A stretch of DNA of 64,000 bases from Aulosira sp. ZfuVER01 (GCA_034530615.2 JAVRCV020000063.1:8976-72975), one strand, 5' to 3'. Shown: positions 31,086 through 40,883, counted from the first letter of the stretch. Made by a program: numbers and translations. Notes: generated by a model not told the origin, from the sequence alone.

Positions 31086-31896
31086 CAATTTGTTACTGAT
31101 TGCTTGCTTTGCTTATTTAGTCTCCACAGTCTTAATTCAATACTGTTTCGACTTCTGCCTAGCACTTTCATCAATAAATTTTATAGATAAAAGTTGCAAT
31201 CGATCAAGTCATTTCTGCTTGATTCTATACCTTCCTATTTGGTATAGTTCGGAGCACACCTTCATCCTAAATAAATTAGGATGCTCAAGTCCCTCTGCTC
31301 TCTACGGGGCGTTTTACCGCTTCCCTCGGTATTAGCGAGTAAATCTTTTAAGATACTGCTGCAAAAACTGTCTGAACTCATCATCTGTTCTTTTACCTTT
31401 TAATTGGTTACAGTTTTGACAAGTTACAGATATGTTGGTTATGTGGTGTAGTTCGTTTCTACTTAAAAGTGTTTTGTGGTCAATACGACTTGTTCTTTAT
31501 TTAATTGGATTTGGCAATAAAAGCAACACGGATTTCTTTCATATAATTCTTTTAAATCCTTTGCTTTTAACGGTTCTGATAATTTGATTATTTGTCCTGC
31601 CAAACCTTTTCGTCTTGAACCACTACTATTTAATGATTTTGATCTTATATTCCAATATTGAGGTTGGTTTTTTTTCGCTCCATTTCTGAATTGCTCGGTC
31701 AGTTTGAACTTTTTTGCTACACCACATTTAGAGCATATCTTTGTACCGATTTTATATACTTCTTATTTTACAGTTTCTTTGTTATTAGATTACCGAAAAT
31801 TAAGACCGAAGTATATAACAGATTTACTATTTCTCAGCCTTCACCGATTTGGACGAGTTTTGATTACTGCATTACTACAGTAAGGGGCAATCTTTT
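31086..31896 (-). ncRNA. Group I self-splicing intron (811 nt) in rtcB
   Basis: Exon 1 ends in U with P1 GGGGU/GCCCC (U-G wobble); AAAUCGGUGAA (31840-31850); GCUAAUACCGAG (31325-31336); P7 GAGCA/UGCUC; P8 CAUCCUAA/UUAGGAUG; terminal G at 31086; removal restores GSLGGG-NHFIE in frame. Confidence 0.92.
31332..31760 (-). pseudogene. Intron-encoded HNH homing endonuclease, frameshifted
   Basis: KICSKCG...CCFYC in one frame, then DHKTLLSR...TNISVTCQNCNQLKGKRT in another after a frameshift near 31482; no in-frame start. Confidence 0.8.
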
Positions 31897-32358
31897 ACCC
31901 CCTCCCAGAGAACCCATTTGTTTCATTGCTTTACTTTGCAGATTTTGCACACCACGATGCAAATCTTTAAAGCTACTCCAGCGTTGCCAATTACTAACAG
32001 ATTTTTCAACCTCTTTATTTTCGTTGAATCCAGTAGGAATTGCTGCTTCAATATCCAAGCGGATTTTCTTTAGTTTGCCTTCTAGTTGTTCACCAGTAAA
32101 TGGCATTTTAATCGCACACATTCCGCAACCCACATCTACACCGACAGCAGCAGGTATAATGGCTTCTTTTGTCGCTAATACAGAACCAACTAAAGCACCT
32201 TTACCTAAATGGACATCTGGCATCAATGCTACGTGTTTAAATACAAATGGCAATGATGCTACATTCTTGGCCATTTTGGTTTCTTCTGGCCCCAAAGCAT
32301 GATTAGCCCAAGATAAAACTGGTGCTGGTGTAGTAATTTCTAACTTTTCGTAGGGCAT
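31897..32358 (-). CDS. rtcB: RtcB RNA ligase, exon 1
   Basis: MPDVHLGKG, AVGVDVGCG and QMGSLGGG; 154 codons, giving a 393-aa spliced product. Confidence 0.93.
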
Positions 32359-32552
32359 AATTTCCTCTATTTAAGATTGTTCCAGTGTAATTTGAAATTA
32401 GGTGGATTCTTACGCATATACATCATGATTAATGGTATTAATTTACATCTTATACCATTTTAGATTTTAGATTTTGCGGAAAGTTGCGTGGGCGGCTCTG
32501 CCGACTTGAGCAAATTTTCCAAATCGGATTCCTATATATAATTCAATACAGT

Positions 32553-34754
32553 TTAAGTTAGAGATTTTGTGAAAAGGCGACCATCCAAAACTAGGCTAAG
32601 TTGCCTGTTGGCAAGAACGCTAGTTCCTAGGATATAAGGAGCAACTGGGATTGCTTCCCCTAGAGGATGGATCGTAGAGGATTGTTTGCCGATGATGCAA
32701 TCTACTTCTAAAGCACATAGTTTGTCTAAATAACGAAATACTAATAACGGCTTATCCTGCTTGAAAGCATTTAGTGTATCTGTACTGTAGGTGTTAACTG
32801 GGGTAGGAAAGTGGTTAGGAGAAATCAGCACATCAGTCAGTAAGTGGATAGGGACGAGCATTTCCGTTGTTGGGAAGCCACTGGTGCCAGAAGACTGCAA
32901 AAATAACATGCGTCCCGCTTGAGTTTGGAGAATTTGTTCGGACTGGGATAAACAAATTTGCTCTACGGAATCGGCAACAAATGCATAGAGTCTGGAGTTA
33001 GCTTGACAGACGATAAGTTGAGCAATTTTTTGCTCTAGGGGAATTTGCAGCGAGAAGGCTGTACCATGTCCAGCTTTAGACTTCAATACTATTCTTCCTT
33101 GAATAGCTGTTAATTGCTTGCAAACTTCAGTTAATTCTGCTCCTAACTCTAAAGCAGCGCGATCGCACAAAACAGATGAAACTTCTGGTTCAAGTATTAG
33201 TTCAGTCGGTTGTAGAATATCCCCTGGTTTTGTCAGGGCGAATCCTTGGGCTAAAGCTTGTTGATAGATTTGAGATAAGTTAAGTCCTGCGCCATCATCA
33301 CAGCCATCAATAATTAGTTGATTTCCCTGCTGGTAAACTTGAATTTCGATGATACCATTGCTATTTTTACCTAGCTGTTGGCGTGTTTGGCAAGACTCTA
33401 TACTTTGTTCTAGTAAATAACAACTGATATGCAGTAGCAGGACACGGAGGCGATCGCTCAACGCCCGATCGACTTGGATATCACTAATTTGTAAATGTAG
33501 TCTAGCAGACTTATCTTGTAGAGCTTGTAACTGAGACCAAAGCCGATACAATGGTTCTAAGGCTACTTTTAAAGGAATAGTTGTAACTTTTTTAACTAAA
33601 TCAGCAGAACGGTTAAGTAAATTTTCCTGCTGTACGATTTCTTGTTTGAGTTGGTAACGCTCGTTATTCAGGGAATGAACAGTTGATGCCACAACAGACG
33701 CTTGAGCTAAAACAGATTGCAAAGTACTGTACAATTGCTGAGAGCGAGAAGCAGCTAAAGGGGAAAGGGTATCTGAAATTGCTGCTAAAAGTCCTGACCA
33801 TTCCTGTAAATTATCCAGCAGGCGTTGTAATCGTTTAACTTGTCGAAGCAACTGCCCGATAGTATGTTGCTGTTGTTCTTCCTGACAAGCTTGCTGATTA
33901 TAGTGAGTTAGTAATGTTGTAATCAGTGCATTTAGTTGTTCGAGATGCTGAATATTGATTGGTGTGGCGGCTGGAATACTGGTTGCAACAAGGGTGGGAA
34001 TGTATTCTTGTAAAGAGAGTGTATGGCGATCACTCAAAGATTTAACTAGGGATGCTTCAGATGTTTCAGCAGGTAGGAAAAAATCTCCCAACCAAGCCTG
34101 AAACTCTTCTTCCCCATATTCCTCCAGGTTTGCTAGTTCTCCTATCTTAGCGGGAAGTCGCTCGGTATCTACGTGATAAAGGCTGCCAGACTGAGGGCTA
34201 GTTTCATCTATTAGCTCCTTGTCTTTAACCGTAACTTGCTCTGCTAGAGCCGCAGAAGATTCTACCTCGGACAAGGAATCGCCAAACTGGATAACTGATT
34301 GATGTTCCGGTGATCGCTCTAACGATGTATCAAGGTTTGTTTCCTGGGAATCCCTAAACTCTGCTTGCAAACGAGCAACAATGGCAGACATCCGCTCCAG
34401 AATTTCTACTTCCTCAATTTTCGAGGCTGTTAAAAATCCCATCAACAGCATCTGTAGGCAATCTAATCCTTCCGACAATAGGGAGGCGATGGGAGCGTCA
34501 ATAATTGCCCGATACTGATACAAAAGCTGAAAAATCTCTTCTAGTGCAGCCGCAACTATAGCAATCGTCTCTAGTTCGGCTGCTATAGCAATCGAATGCA
34601 GAGAGCCAGCAGCTTCCATGAGAGCCAAAGCTGTACCGGGGTTACTGTCTTTTGTATAGTTAGGCAACTCCTGCTCCAAGAACAGTAACAAATCGATCGC
34701 TTCTTCTAGAAAGCGATCGTCGTTCTGCGGTTGGGGGACAAAATCGGTACTCAT
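32553..34754 (-). CDS. Degenerate CheA-like protein (Hpt-like, HATPase-like and CheW domains)
   Basis: FLEEA start, DDGAG, GHGTAFSLQIP and C-terminal CheW; Hpt His and N-box are replaced. Confidence 0.8.
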   Translation of the reverse strand: MSTDFVPQPQNDDRFLEEAIDLLLFLEQELPNYTKDSNPGTALALMEAAGSLHSIAIAAELETIAIVAAALEEIFQLLYQYRAIIDAPIASLLSEGLDCLQMLLMGFLTASKIEEVEILERMSAIVARLQAEFRDSQETNLDTSLERSPEHQSVIQFGDSLSEVESSAALAEQVTVKDKELIDETSPQSGSLYHVDTERLPAKIGELANLEEYGEEEFQAWLGDFFLPAETSEASLVKSLSDRHTLSLQEYIPTLVATSIPAATPINIQHLEQLNALITTLLTHYNQQACQEEQQQHTIGQLLRQVKRLQRLLDNLQEWSGLLAAISDTLSPLAASRSQQLYSTLQSVLAQASVVASTVHSLNNERYQLKQEIVQQENLLNRSADLVKKVTTIPLKVALEPLYRLWSQLQALQDKSARLHLQISDIQVDRALSDRLRVLLLHISCYLLEQSIESCQTRQQLGKNSNGIIEIQVYQQGNQLIIDGCDDGAGLNLSQIYQQALAQGFALTKPGDILQPTELILEPEVSSVLCDRAALELGAELTEVCKQLTAIQGRIVLKSKAGHGTAFSLQIPLEQKIAQLIVCQANSRLYAFVADSVEQICLSQSEQILQTQAGRMLFLQSSGTSGFPTTEMLVPIHLLTDVLISPNHFPTPVNTYSTDTLNAFKQDKPLLVFRYLDKLCALEVDCIIGKQSSTIHPLGEAIPVAPYILGTSVLANRQLSLVLDGRLFTKSLT

Positions 34755-34778
34755 CGAAACTCCTGGTTTGTGACAATT

Positions 34779-35999
34779 CTATGGCTTCGACATTGATTTG
34801 AGGGTACAAGCAGCGATGTCGGCGATCGCTTTAAATTGTTCTTGGATTTGCGCGATTGACTCCAGCCCAGCACTGATTTGGCGATCGCACGGTTCGATAG
34901 CAGAAGCTACATCTCCTGTTGCCACCTGGAGTTCTTGAAACCATTCCTCTATATTGAGCGTGCTTTCGCGGGCTTGGCGGGCGAGAATTTCTACCTGTTC
35001 GGCAGCAGCTAGCAAACTTAGTTCTTGATCGTTAGCTTTTGTTGCTTCAATAGCTGTATTCAAGGACAAAATCTGAATTTTGCTACTCAAGCCTTCCACA
35101 AGTCCAACAAAGCCAGAAGCTTGCTGGCAAAATTCACCAAGGTATTGCAGCTGTTTATTTGTAAAAGCAACAGTATCTTGAATAGACATTAAATACTCAC
35201 GCTCTTGCTCGGTAATTCTTGCTCCTTCTTGTACGGCTTGACTCACCTGCTGCAATGGCACTAATAACTGTGAGCGATCAAAGGATTCAAGCTGTTGAAC
35301 AGGTGGAGTTACTATTTCAGCCGAGTGCAAGTTAATTGTCAATATCATTCCTACTTGTTGCAGCAAACTGCGCTCTGCTTCTTGCCATTGTCGGGGTGTA
35401 AGGCAATGCTGAATAACTAACAAACCCCAGGGCTGTTGTTTGACAATCAAGGGTAAGCACAGACTCGCTTGCACCTGAAAGCGTTGCCAAAATTGCTGTT
35501 GGCGCGGGGTTAGTTCTAATACTTCAGTTGGGTTACTAAAATCAGGTTTGGTAACAAACAAATTTATCGGTAGGGATTGGTTGAGCAAGGATGTCCAACC
35601 CGGTTGTATAGCTTCAGCGATCGCCCGAGAGCGATTATCTTCCTCAAAACGATAAATCAGGACGCGATCGGCGTTAAGAACATCTTGCAGGGCGGTGACT
35701 GTAGCTTCCAAAAGTGCGGTTTGATTTTTTGCTTGCTGCATTTGCCGAGCAATTACCGCCAGTTGTTCTCGCTGGAGGTGAAAAGCCCTTTGCACATTAT
35801 CATCATTGTCACTGGGCGAATCCTGAGCCAAAGCTTGGATAAAAGCTTCGATTTGACTTACCTTGTGCTGCAATTGAGCGACCTTTGGCCCCTTAGCAGA
35901 TTGAAAGACTGCTTTGAGTACAGCCACATTAGCCAAAATTTCTTCTATCGGGATTTGATTGTCAACAGGCTCGGTTTGGTCTAAAGTTGCGATCGTCAC
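34779..35999 (-). CDS. Soluble GAF plus truncated methyl-accepting domain protein
   Basis: ADRVLIYRF...WGLLVIQHC GAF domain; ILSLNTAIEATKA hairpin-tip motif. Confidence 0.8.
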   Translation of the reverse strand: MTIATLDQTEPVDNQIPIEEILANVAVLKAVFQSAKGPKVAQLQHKVSQIEAFIQALAQDSPSDNDDNVQRAFHLQREQLAVIARQMQQAKNQTALLEATVTALQDVLNADRVLIYRFEEDNRSRAIAEAIQPGWTSLLNQSLPINLFVTKPDFSNPTEVLELTPRQQQFWQRFQVQASLCLPLIVKQQPWGLLVIQHCLTPRQWQEAERSLLQQVGMILTINLHSAEIVTPPVQQLESFDRSQLLVPLQQVSQAVQEGARITEQEREYLMSIQDTVAFTNKQLQYLGEFCQQASGFVGLVEGLSSKIQILSLNTAIEATKANDQELSLLAAAEQVEILARQARESTLNIEEWFQELQVATGDVASAIEPCDRQISAGLESIAQIQEQFKAIADIAACTLKSMSKP

Positions 36000-36028
36000 A
36001 GAAAACTCCTTGGCAGCATCAAGTTAAA

Positions 36029-37042
36029 TCAGTGGGTTTGCCATTGCAATGTCTGGGCGATCGCTTTGGTGTCTAAAATCCAGCGATCGCCTGGCAGAAT
36101 ACCTCGAACAAAATTTAGTAGTTTGTTGGGGGAAAAGTCGGTTGGTGCCGATTGTGCTTGCTGTAAATCCTGCCACTCTACATCTAAGACATGAGCGACC
36201 AAAAACCCGACTACCTGATTTTGAAGTTCAAGAACTAGAATTATTGGCTTTTCTGGTCGTGACTGTCGCTTAAAAAGCGGTGCATAACCAAGCAAATGTT
36301 CTAAGTCAACCAGTCGCAGCATCTGTCCTTGCCAATTATAGAAACCTAAAATCCAACTTGGTAAGGCCGGGGCTGGAGAAATTTCTGAGCTAGCGATATG
36401 AATCGTGTCCACTACTGAGTGAAATGGTAGCAATCCACTTCCGCGATCGCCCAAGGAAAAACGCAGAAATCTCTGCCGTTGTTCGCATGATGTCAGTCCA
36501 GGAGCAAATGACTGGGTTGTTCCGGGCAACCCCAACTTATCAGCTAATATCTGGTTCATGCCTAGAAGCAGGACTTTGAGTGGTTCTTCATTTGGTGCTA
36601 CAGATAAGACAGCCATGTGGCTAACAAAGTTTAACTCCGCTACTTGCCGATAAGACCAAGGCACCGGACGCACAGCTGACAAAGGAATATCGATTAAAGC
36701 AGGGGGCTTGTCCACAGGAATGCCACAAAGTTCTCCAGTCCGTGTTTGAGTTAGAAGTAAAAAGCGTCCTGAAGTGTCAATTCCAGAGAGAACTTGGTGC
36801 GTTTGTTGGGGTTGTACTTTCTGGCGCAAGTCCACAATCGTAATAGTTTGCGCTCCCAGATCGACCATCCCGATCCCGCTTTCAACCGTACTGCTAATAG
36901 GAGGACAAGCAATCACCTTGAGAACTGCACCAACTGGCAGGGCAAATAAATAGTCTGCGATCGCAAAAACAACAACTCGTAATGAGTCGCTCTCGGTCAC
37001 AGTGCCAGATAATCGCTTAAACGGAAAGGGAGTGTTAAGCAT
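36029..37042 (-). CDS. cheW: Double CheW-domain protein
   Basis: Two CheW-like domains (GIGMVDLG...VDL; ILGFYNWQG...VDL). Confidence 0.82.
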   Translation of the reverse strand: MLNTPFPFKRLSGTVTESDSLRVVVFAIADYLFALPVGAVLKVIACPPISSTVESGIGMVDLGAQTITIVDLRQKVQPQQTHQVLSGIDTSGRFLLLTQTRTGELCGIPVDKPPALIDIPLSAVRPVPWSYRQVAELNFVSHMAVLSVAPNEEPLKVLLLGMNQILADKLGLPGTTQSFAPGLTSCEQRQRFLRFSLGDRGSGLLPFHSVVDTIHIASSEISPAPALPSWILGFYNWQGQMLRLVDLEHLLGYAPLFKRQSRPEKPIILVLELQNQVVGFLVAHVLDVEWQDLQQAQSAPTDFSPNKLLNFVRGILPGDRWILDTKAIAQTLQWQTH

Positions 37043-37109
37043 AAGTCGGTTGGTGTGGTGTTAGGGGGGCAGGGGAGTAGGGGAGCAGAGGAGCAGGGGA
37101 GAAAGAATA

Positions 37110-37539
37110 TTAACGCTTCATTAGCCAAGGTGAGGGGTCAGTAATCATATTCACCAAACCATCTAAGATGCGATTGTAGATTCCATATAATTCTCTGCCT
37201 AATTCAACATCCAAATAATTGCACTTAACAGCAAATTCAAGCCATGTTTGTGTTTCTGCTGCCTCTGCTTGTCTACGACACGCTTCGCGAACACAGTCAT
37301 TGAGTTTAGCCACAAAAGCTCCTTCATATCTACGCTTTCTCCAAGCTACCCTTCGGGAACGCTGCGCGAACAGCTAGATTTGCACAAACAGAACGTGACG
37401 AACGACGGATCTGATCTGTTAATGAATACCGCTCCTCGACAGGAAACTTTTTAGAGAGTTCAAAGATTTTCATAGCTCCATCGAATGCCATTTGATAGAC
37501 TTTCAAGTCTTGATGATTTTTAATTGGTTCTTTTTCCAT
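37110..37539 (-). pseudogene. Four-helix-bundle (23S rRNA IVP-like) protein frameshifted by a small repeat insertion
   Basis: DLKVYQ...EERYSLTDQIRRSSRSVCANLA / AWRKRRYEGAFVAKLNDC / EAAETQTWLEFA; inserts at 37348-37370 and 37271-37291. Confidence 0.85.
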
Positions 37540-37571
37540 CTCTATCTACTCCTCTGCTCCCCTGCCTTATC

Positions 37572-40500
37572 TCAGGTATTAACCAATTCAGCGATCGTGG
37601 CTAGGAAGTTCTGTTCGGAATAGGGTTTGGTCAGGTAAGCTTTCGCCCCTAGAGCTAAAGCTAATTGGCGATGCTTCTGTCCGCTACGGGTAGTCAGCAT
37701 CACCACAGGAATCCCTGCCAAACGCTCGTCTTGGCGATGGTGTTCTAAGAACTCAAATCCATTCATACGTGGCATTTCAATGTCACAAATCACCAGATTG
37801 ACATCACCGTTTTGCAGCATTTGCGCGATCCCTTCTCGACCATCACCTGCTTGCAACACTTGATAATCGGCTTTCTGGAGCGTCTGCACCAAACTTTGCC
37901 TTTGGACAACTGAATCTTCCACTACTAACACCGTCTGTCGATTAGGTTGAGCAACGGCTGTATTAACTTCGATTGGCTGTTGCTGCGGTTGCGTTATCGT
38001 TAGCTCGGATTGCTGCCCCTCTAGAGCCAGAACAGGCTCAGGCGCAGGCAATAGTTTAGTTGCAAGACTGGATGCCTGAGAAGTCGGCATCATATCTGTC
38101 TCCCAGGTTTGGCGAACTAACTCCAACGGATCAATGGTGAGGGTGAGACTACCATTTCCCAAGACACTGTAGCCTTGGATGTAACTAGGTAAAGTCAGGA
38201 CTCTGCCGAGGGATTTAATTACTAATTCCTGCTCGACTAAAATCTGATCGACTTGCAAACATAGGTATTGCTGCTCTGTTTGCAACAGCAGCAGAGGTTC
38301 GACGGTGTTCCGTTGTTTGACTGGAAAAGGACTGAGGGTTAAATTGTGGTCTTGGGTGAGTAAAGGATATTTGTAATCCAGCAAATTGGCAAGCGGGCGG
38401 ATGGGAACTAGTTGCTGATTTTGCCCTTCTCCCCACTGCCAGAATTTTTGGATGCCTTGGCCGTGTAAAGATTGCTGCACTTGAATCTGGTCTGGCTGCG
38501 GTAATAAAACCTGGCTAATTCCTTCAGACAGCAAGGCATAAGTAATACCTTGAGATTGGCAAACAAGCAAGCGTGCTGTTGTCAAGCTCAGAGGCAATTG
38601 CAGGATAAAGGTGGTTCCCTGCCCTGAAAGCGATCGCACCACAATCGAACCTTGTAAAGCTTGCAATTGCGTGCGAACGACATCTAAGCCGATACCGCGA
38701 CCAGATAATTCACCAATCTGGGTAGCGGTAGAAAAGCCTGGTTCAAATAATAACTCTGCCAGTTGGTCTTCGGAGGCGTAGACTGCTTGTTCCGGTGTCA
38801 GCAGATGTTTTTCTATACCTCGCTGACGAATGGATTCCCAGTTAAATCCTCGACCATCATCTCGTACCTCAATAGTAGTGCGGTTGCCTTGATGATAGGC
38901 TTGAATTGTAATTGTTCCGGTTTCTGATTTACCTTGCTGTCTACGGTTTTCTACTGATTCAATGCCGTGATCGAAGGCATTGCGAATCATGTGTAGCAAG
39001 GGATCGTACAGCTGCTCGGAAATGGCTTTATCTACCAGTACTTTCGTACCGTCAAGCTTGAGTTCAACAGGCTTATGATAAGTTGCTACCATCTGTTGCA
39101 GGAGGCGGGGAAAGCGATTTAACACTGTTCCCAGGGGAACCATTCTGGCTTGCAGCAAATCTTCCTGCGCTCCTGAAAGGAGTTGCTTGCGCTTGCCGAG
39201 GCTGAAGCGAGATTGCTGAACTAAAGTATTAAAAGTCTCAATCCGTTCTCCTAATTGCACCATGTCTTCTGTGAGATTTTGCAGGAGAATGTGCAACTCG
39301 CTATAGCTATCCATTTCTAAGGCATCAAAATTAGATTGTGCCTGGGCAGTTGGGGAAGCACGGACAATTGAGCAGCGTGGGTATCGCTGCTTTGCGCGTT
39401 CGGGAACCAGTTGTCGATCCGACCAAGTAAAAACTTTACTAAGTTGTTGTTGACAGTGCAAAAACTGTAGTAGAGTCTCTTGAGCTGCTTTGTGGATGTG
39501 ATTAGATTGTAGGTTTTGTTGGTTTTCGTTGATTAGCAATTCCCCAATCGTGTGGCTGAGGCGATCGAGTTGTTCGATCGCTACTCGGATAGTGGGAAGT
39601 GATGCCGATGACTGAACCTGGAGGCTTGGCGCTGGTGGTGGAGAGGCAGGCCGATCTGAATCTGAGTAGCGGCAGGATGTCTGTGAATCTCCTATCCAGA
39701 TTGACTGTAAAATCCGATCTATGGCAGAGGGGGCTACTACCGCATCCTGAGAAATTGGTTCGAGTACCTCCGGTGCTTTCGCTACGGAATTATCAGTTCG
39801 CTTGGGGAAAAACGACCAAATTGATTCTGCTTCGCTGGCATTGAGGAGGGGGGATGGCTGATTCGTAGTCGTTGGTGTTAGTTGGGCAGCGATGAAAACT
39901 GGCTGCCCTTGCGGTTCTGGAACACGAGTAGTTAACCCTGCCCATGCTCGCAATTGTGGAGATATTTCTCCGCCTTGAGTGCGATCGCCTGCGAGTACTG
40001 CTGCTTGAGCCGCTTTAAAATTTTCTAAAGCCACCTGAGCGATTTGCCGTACTTTGTCTGGATGCGCTTTGAGGGCGTTGAGGGTCGCCTGAGCAATTTC
40101 TCCCAATCCAGATAAGCCATAAGATGCTGCTAGTTCGGCAAAAAATTCTGCTTGGGAACTGAGTGTTGTTTGAATTTGTTGCGGATCTTGGCTTTGGATG
40201 TCAGCTTCCAGGTGTTGCAAATCCTGGGGTACACTCCCGGAAAAGATTGACTCTACCACATCAAAGCCAAGTTCTTCTGAACTGGGAAGCGGAGCCTCAC
40301 GACCAAAAAAGTCGCCTAGTTTATGTTGCAGTTGAGCGAAGATTGAGGCAGTTTTATCGAGTATTTCTGCCTCATTGCAGGTTAAGCCCATCAAGGTTGC
40401 ACTCAATGGAGTTCGCAGGCACTCATAAGCATCTAGAAGCAAAGCACCCAATTCTGGATCGATTTCCAATTCTTGCGGGTATAACGCCTGGAATACATCT

Positions 40501-40715
40501 TCCAAATGATGGGCAATTGTCTTAATCGTTTCCTGTCCAACACTGGCAGCACTCCCTTTGAGAGTATGGGCGCTTCGCATCAAAGCGTGAACTTTGTCTG
40601 TGGTTTTTTCATCAAGTAAACCGATAAGACTCTGTTCGATGGTTTGCAACAACTCTGCCGCTTCAGCCAGAAAAGCCTGCTCTAACTGCCGTTGATTACT
40701 GGGATCGGTGTTCAT
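37572..40715 (-). CDS. cheA: CheA-like hybrid histidine kinase (Hpt-HATPase-CheW-receiver), PtxE/PixL-like
   Basis: MRSAHTLKG, HMIRNAFDHG, DDGRG, GFST, SGRGIGLD; C-terminal receiver CDIEMP. Confidence 0.93.
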   Translation of the reverse strand: MNTDPSNQRQLEQAFLAEAAELLQTIEQSLIGLLDEKTTDKVHALMRSAHTLKGSAASVGQETIKTIAHHLEDVFQALYPQELEIDPELGALLLDAYECLRTPLSATLMGLTCNEAEILDKTASIFAQLQHKLGDFFGREAPLPSSEELGFDVVESIFSGSVPQDLQHLEADIQSQDPQQIQTTLSSQAEFFAELAASYGLSGLGEIAQATLNALKAHPDKVRQIAQVALENFKAAQAAVLAGDRTQGGEISPQLRAWAGLTTRVPEPQGQPVFIAAQLTPTTTNQPSPLLNASEAESIWSFFPKRTDNSVAKAPEVLEPISQDAVVAPSAIDRILQSIWIGDSQTSCRYSDSDRPASPPPAPSLQVQSSASLPTIRVAIEQLDRLSHTIGELLINENQQNLQSNHIHKAAQETLLQFLHCQQQLSKVFTWSDRQLVPERAKQRYPRCSIVRASPTAQAQSNFDALEMDSYSELHILLQNLTEDMVQLGERIETFNTLVQQSRFSLGKRKQLLSGAQEDLLQARMVPLGTVLNRFPRLLQQMVATYHKPVELKLDGTKVLVDKAISEQLYDPLLHMIRNAFDHGIESVENRRQQGKSETGTITIQAYHQGNRTTIEVRDDGRGFNWESIRQRGIEKHLLTPEQAVYASEDQLAELLFEPGFSTATQIGELSGRGIGLDVVRTQLQALQGSIVVRSLSGQGTTFILQLPLSLTTARLLVCQSQGITYALLSEGISQVLLPQPDQIQVQQSLHGQGIQKFWQWGEGQNQQLVPIRPLANLLDYKYPLLTQDHNLTLSPFPVKQRNTVEPLLLLQTEQQYLCLQVDQILVEQELVIKSLGRVLTLPSYIQGYSVLGNGSLTLTIDPLELVRQTWETDMMPTSQASSLATKLLPAPEPVLALEGQQSELTITQPQQQPIEVNTAVAQPNRQTVLVVEDSVVQRQSLVQTLQKADYQVLQAGDGREGIAQMLQNGDVNLVICDIEMPRMNGFEFLEHHRQDERLAGIPVVMLTTRSGQKHRQLALALGAKAYLTKPYSEQNFLATIAELVNT

Positions 40716-40754
40716 AACACAATACGCTTGGTGTCAAGGAGATTTATCTGTTAA

Positions 40755-40852
40755 GGCAGGGGAGGCAGGGGAGGCAGGGGAGCAGGGGAGAGTTTTTGTA
40801 CAAGTTCTTTCCCCTCCGCCCCTCTGCCCCTCTACCCCATGCCTCCTGCCTT
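40755..40852. repeat. STRR-type purine/pyrimidine inverted repeat
   Basis: AGGCAGGGG x3 followed by complementary CCCTCTGCC/CCTCCTGCC units. Confidence 0.65.
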
Positions 40853-40883
40853 ATCCTGAGAATAAATATTCACCACGACCTAC

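Noticed and set aside
31086..31896. Intein, group II intron or IS as the rtcB insert
   Set aside because: Stops in the exon frame exclude an intein; there is no GUGYG 5' end, reverse transcriptase, transposase or terminal repeat; group I hallmarks are present.
31658..32302. 214-aa plus-strand ORF and other antisense ORFs across the window
   Set aside because: Shadow frames opposite well-supported genes, with no motifs.
37110..37539. Avd protein of a diversity-generating retroelement
   Set aside because: No reverse transcriptase or template/variable repeat pair is visible; the motifs fit the generic four-helix-bundle family.
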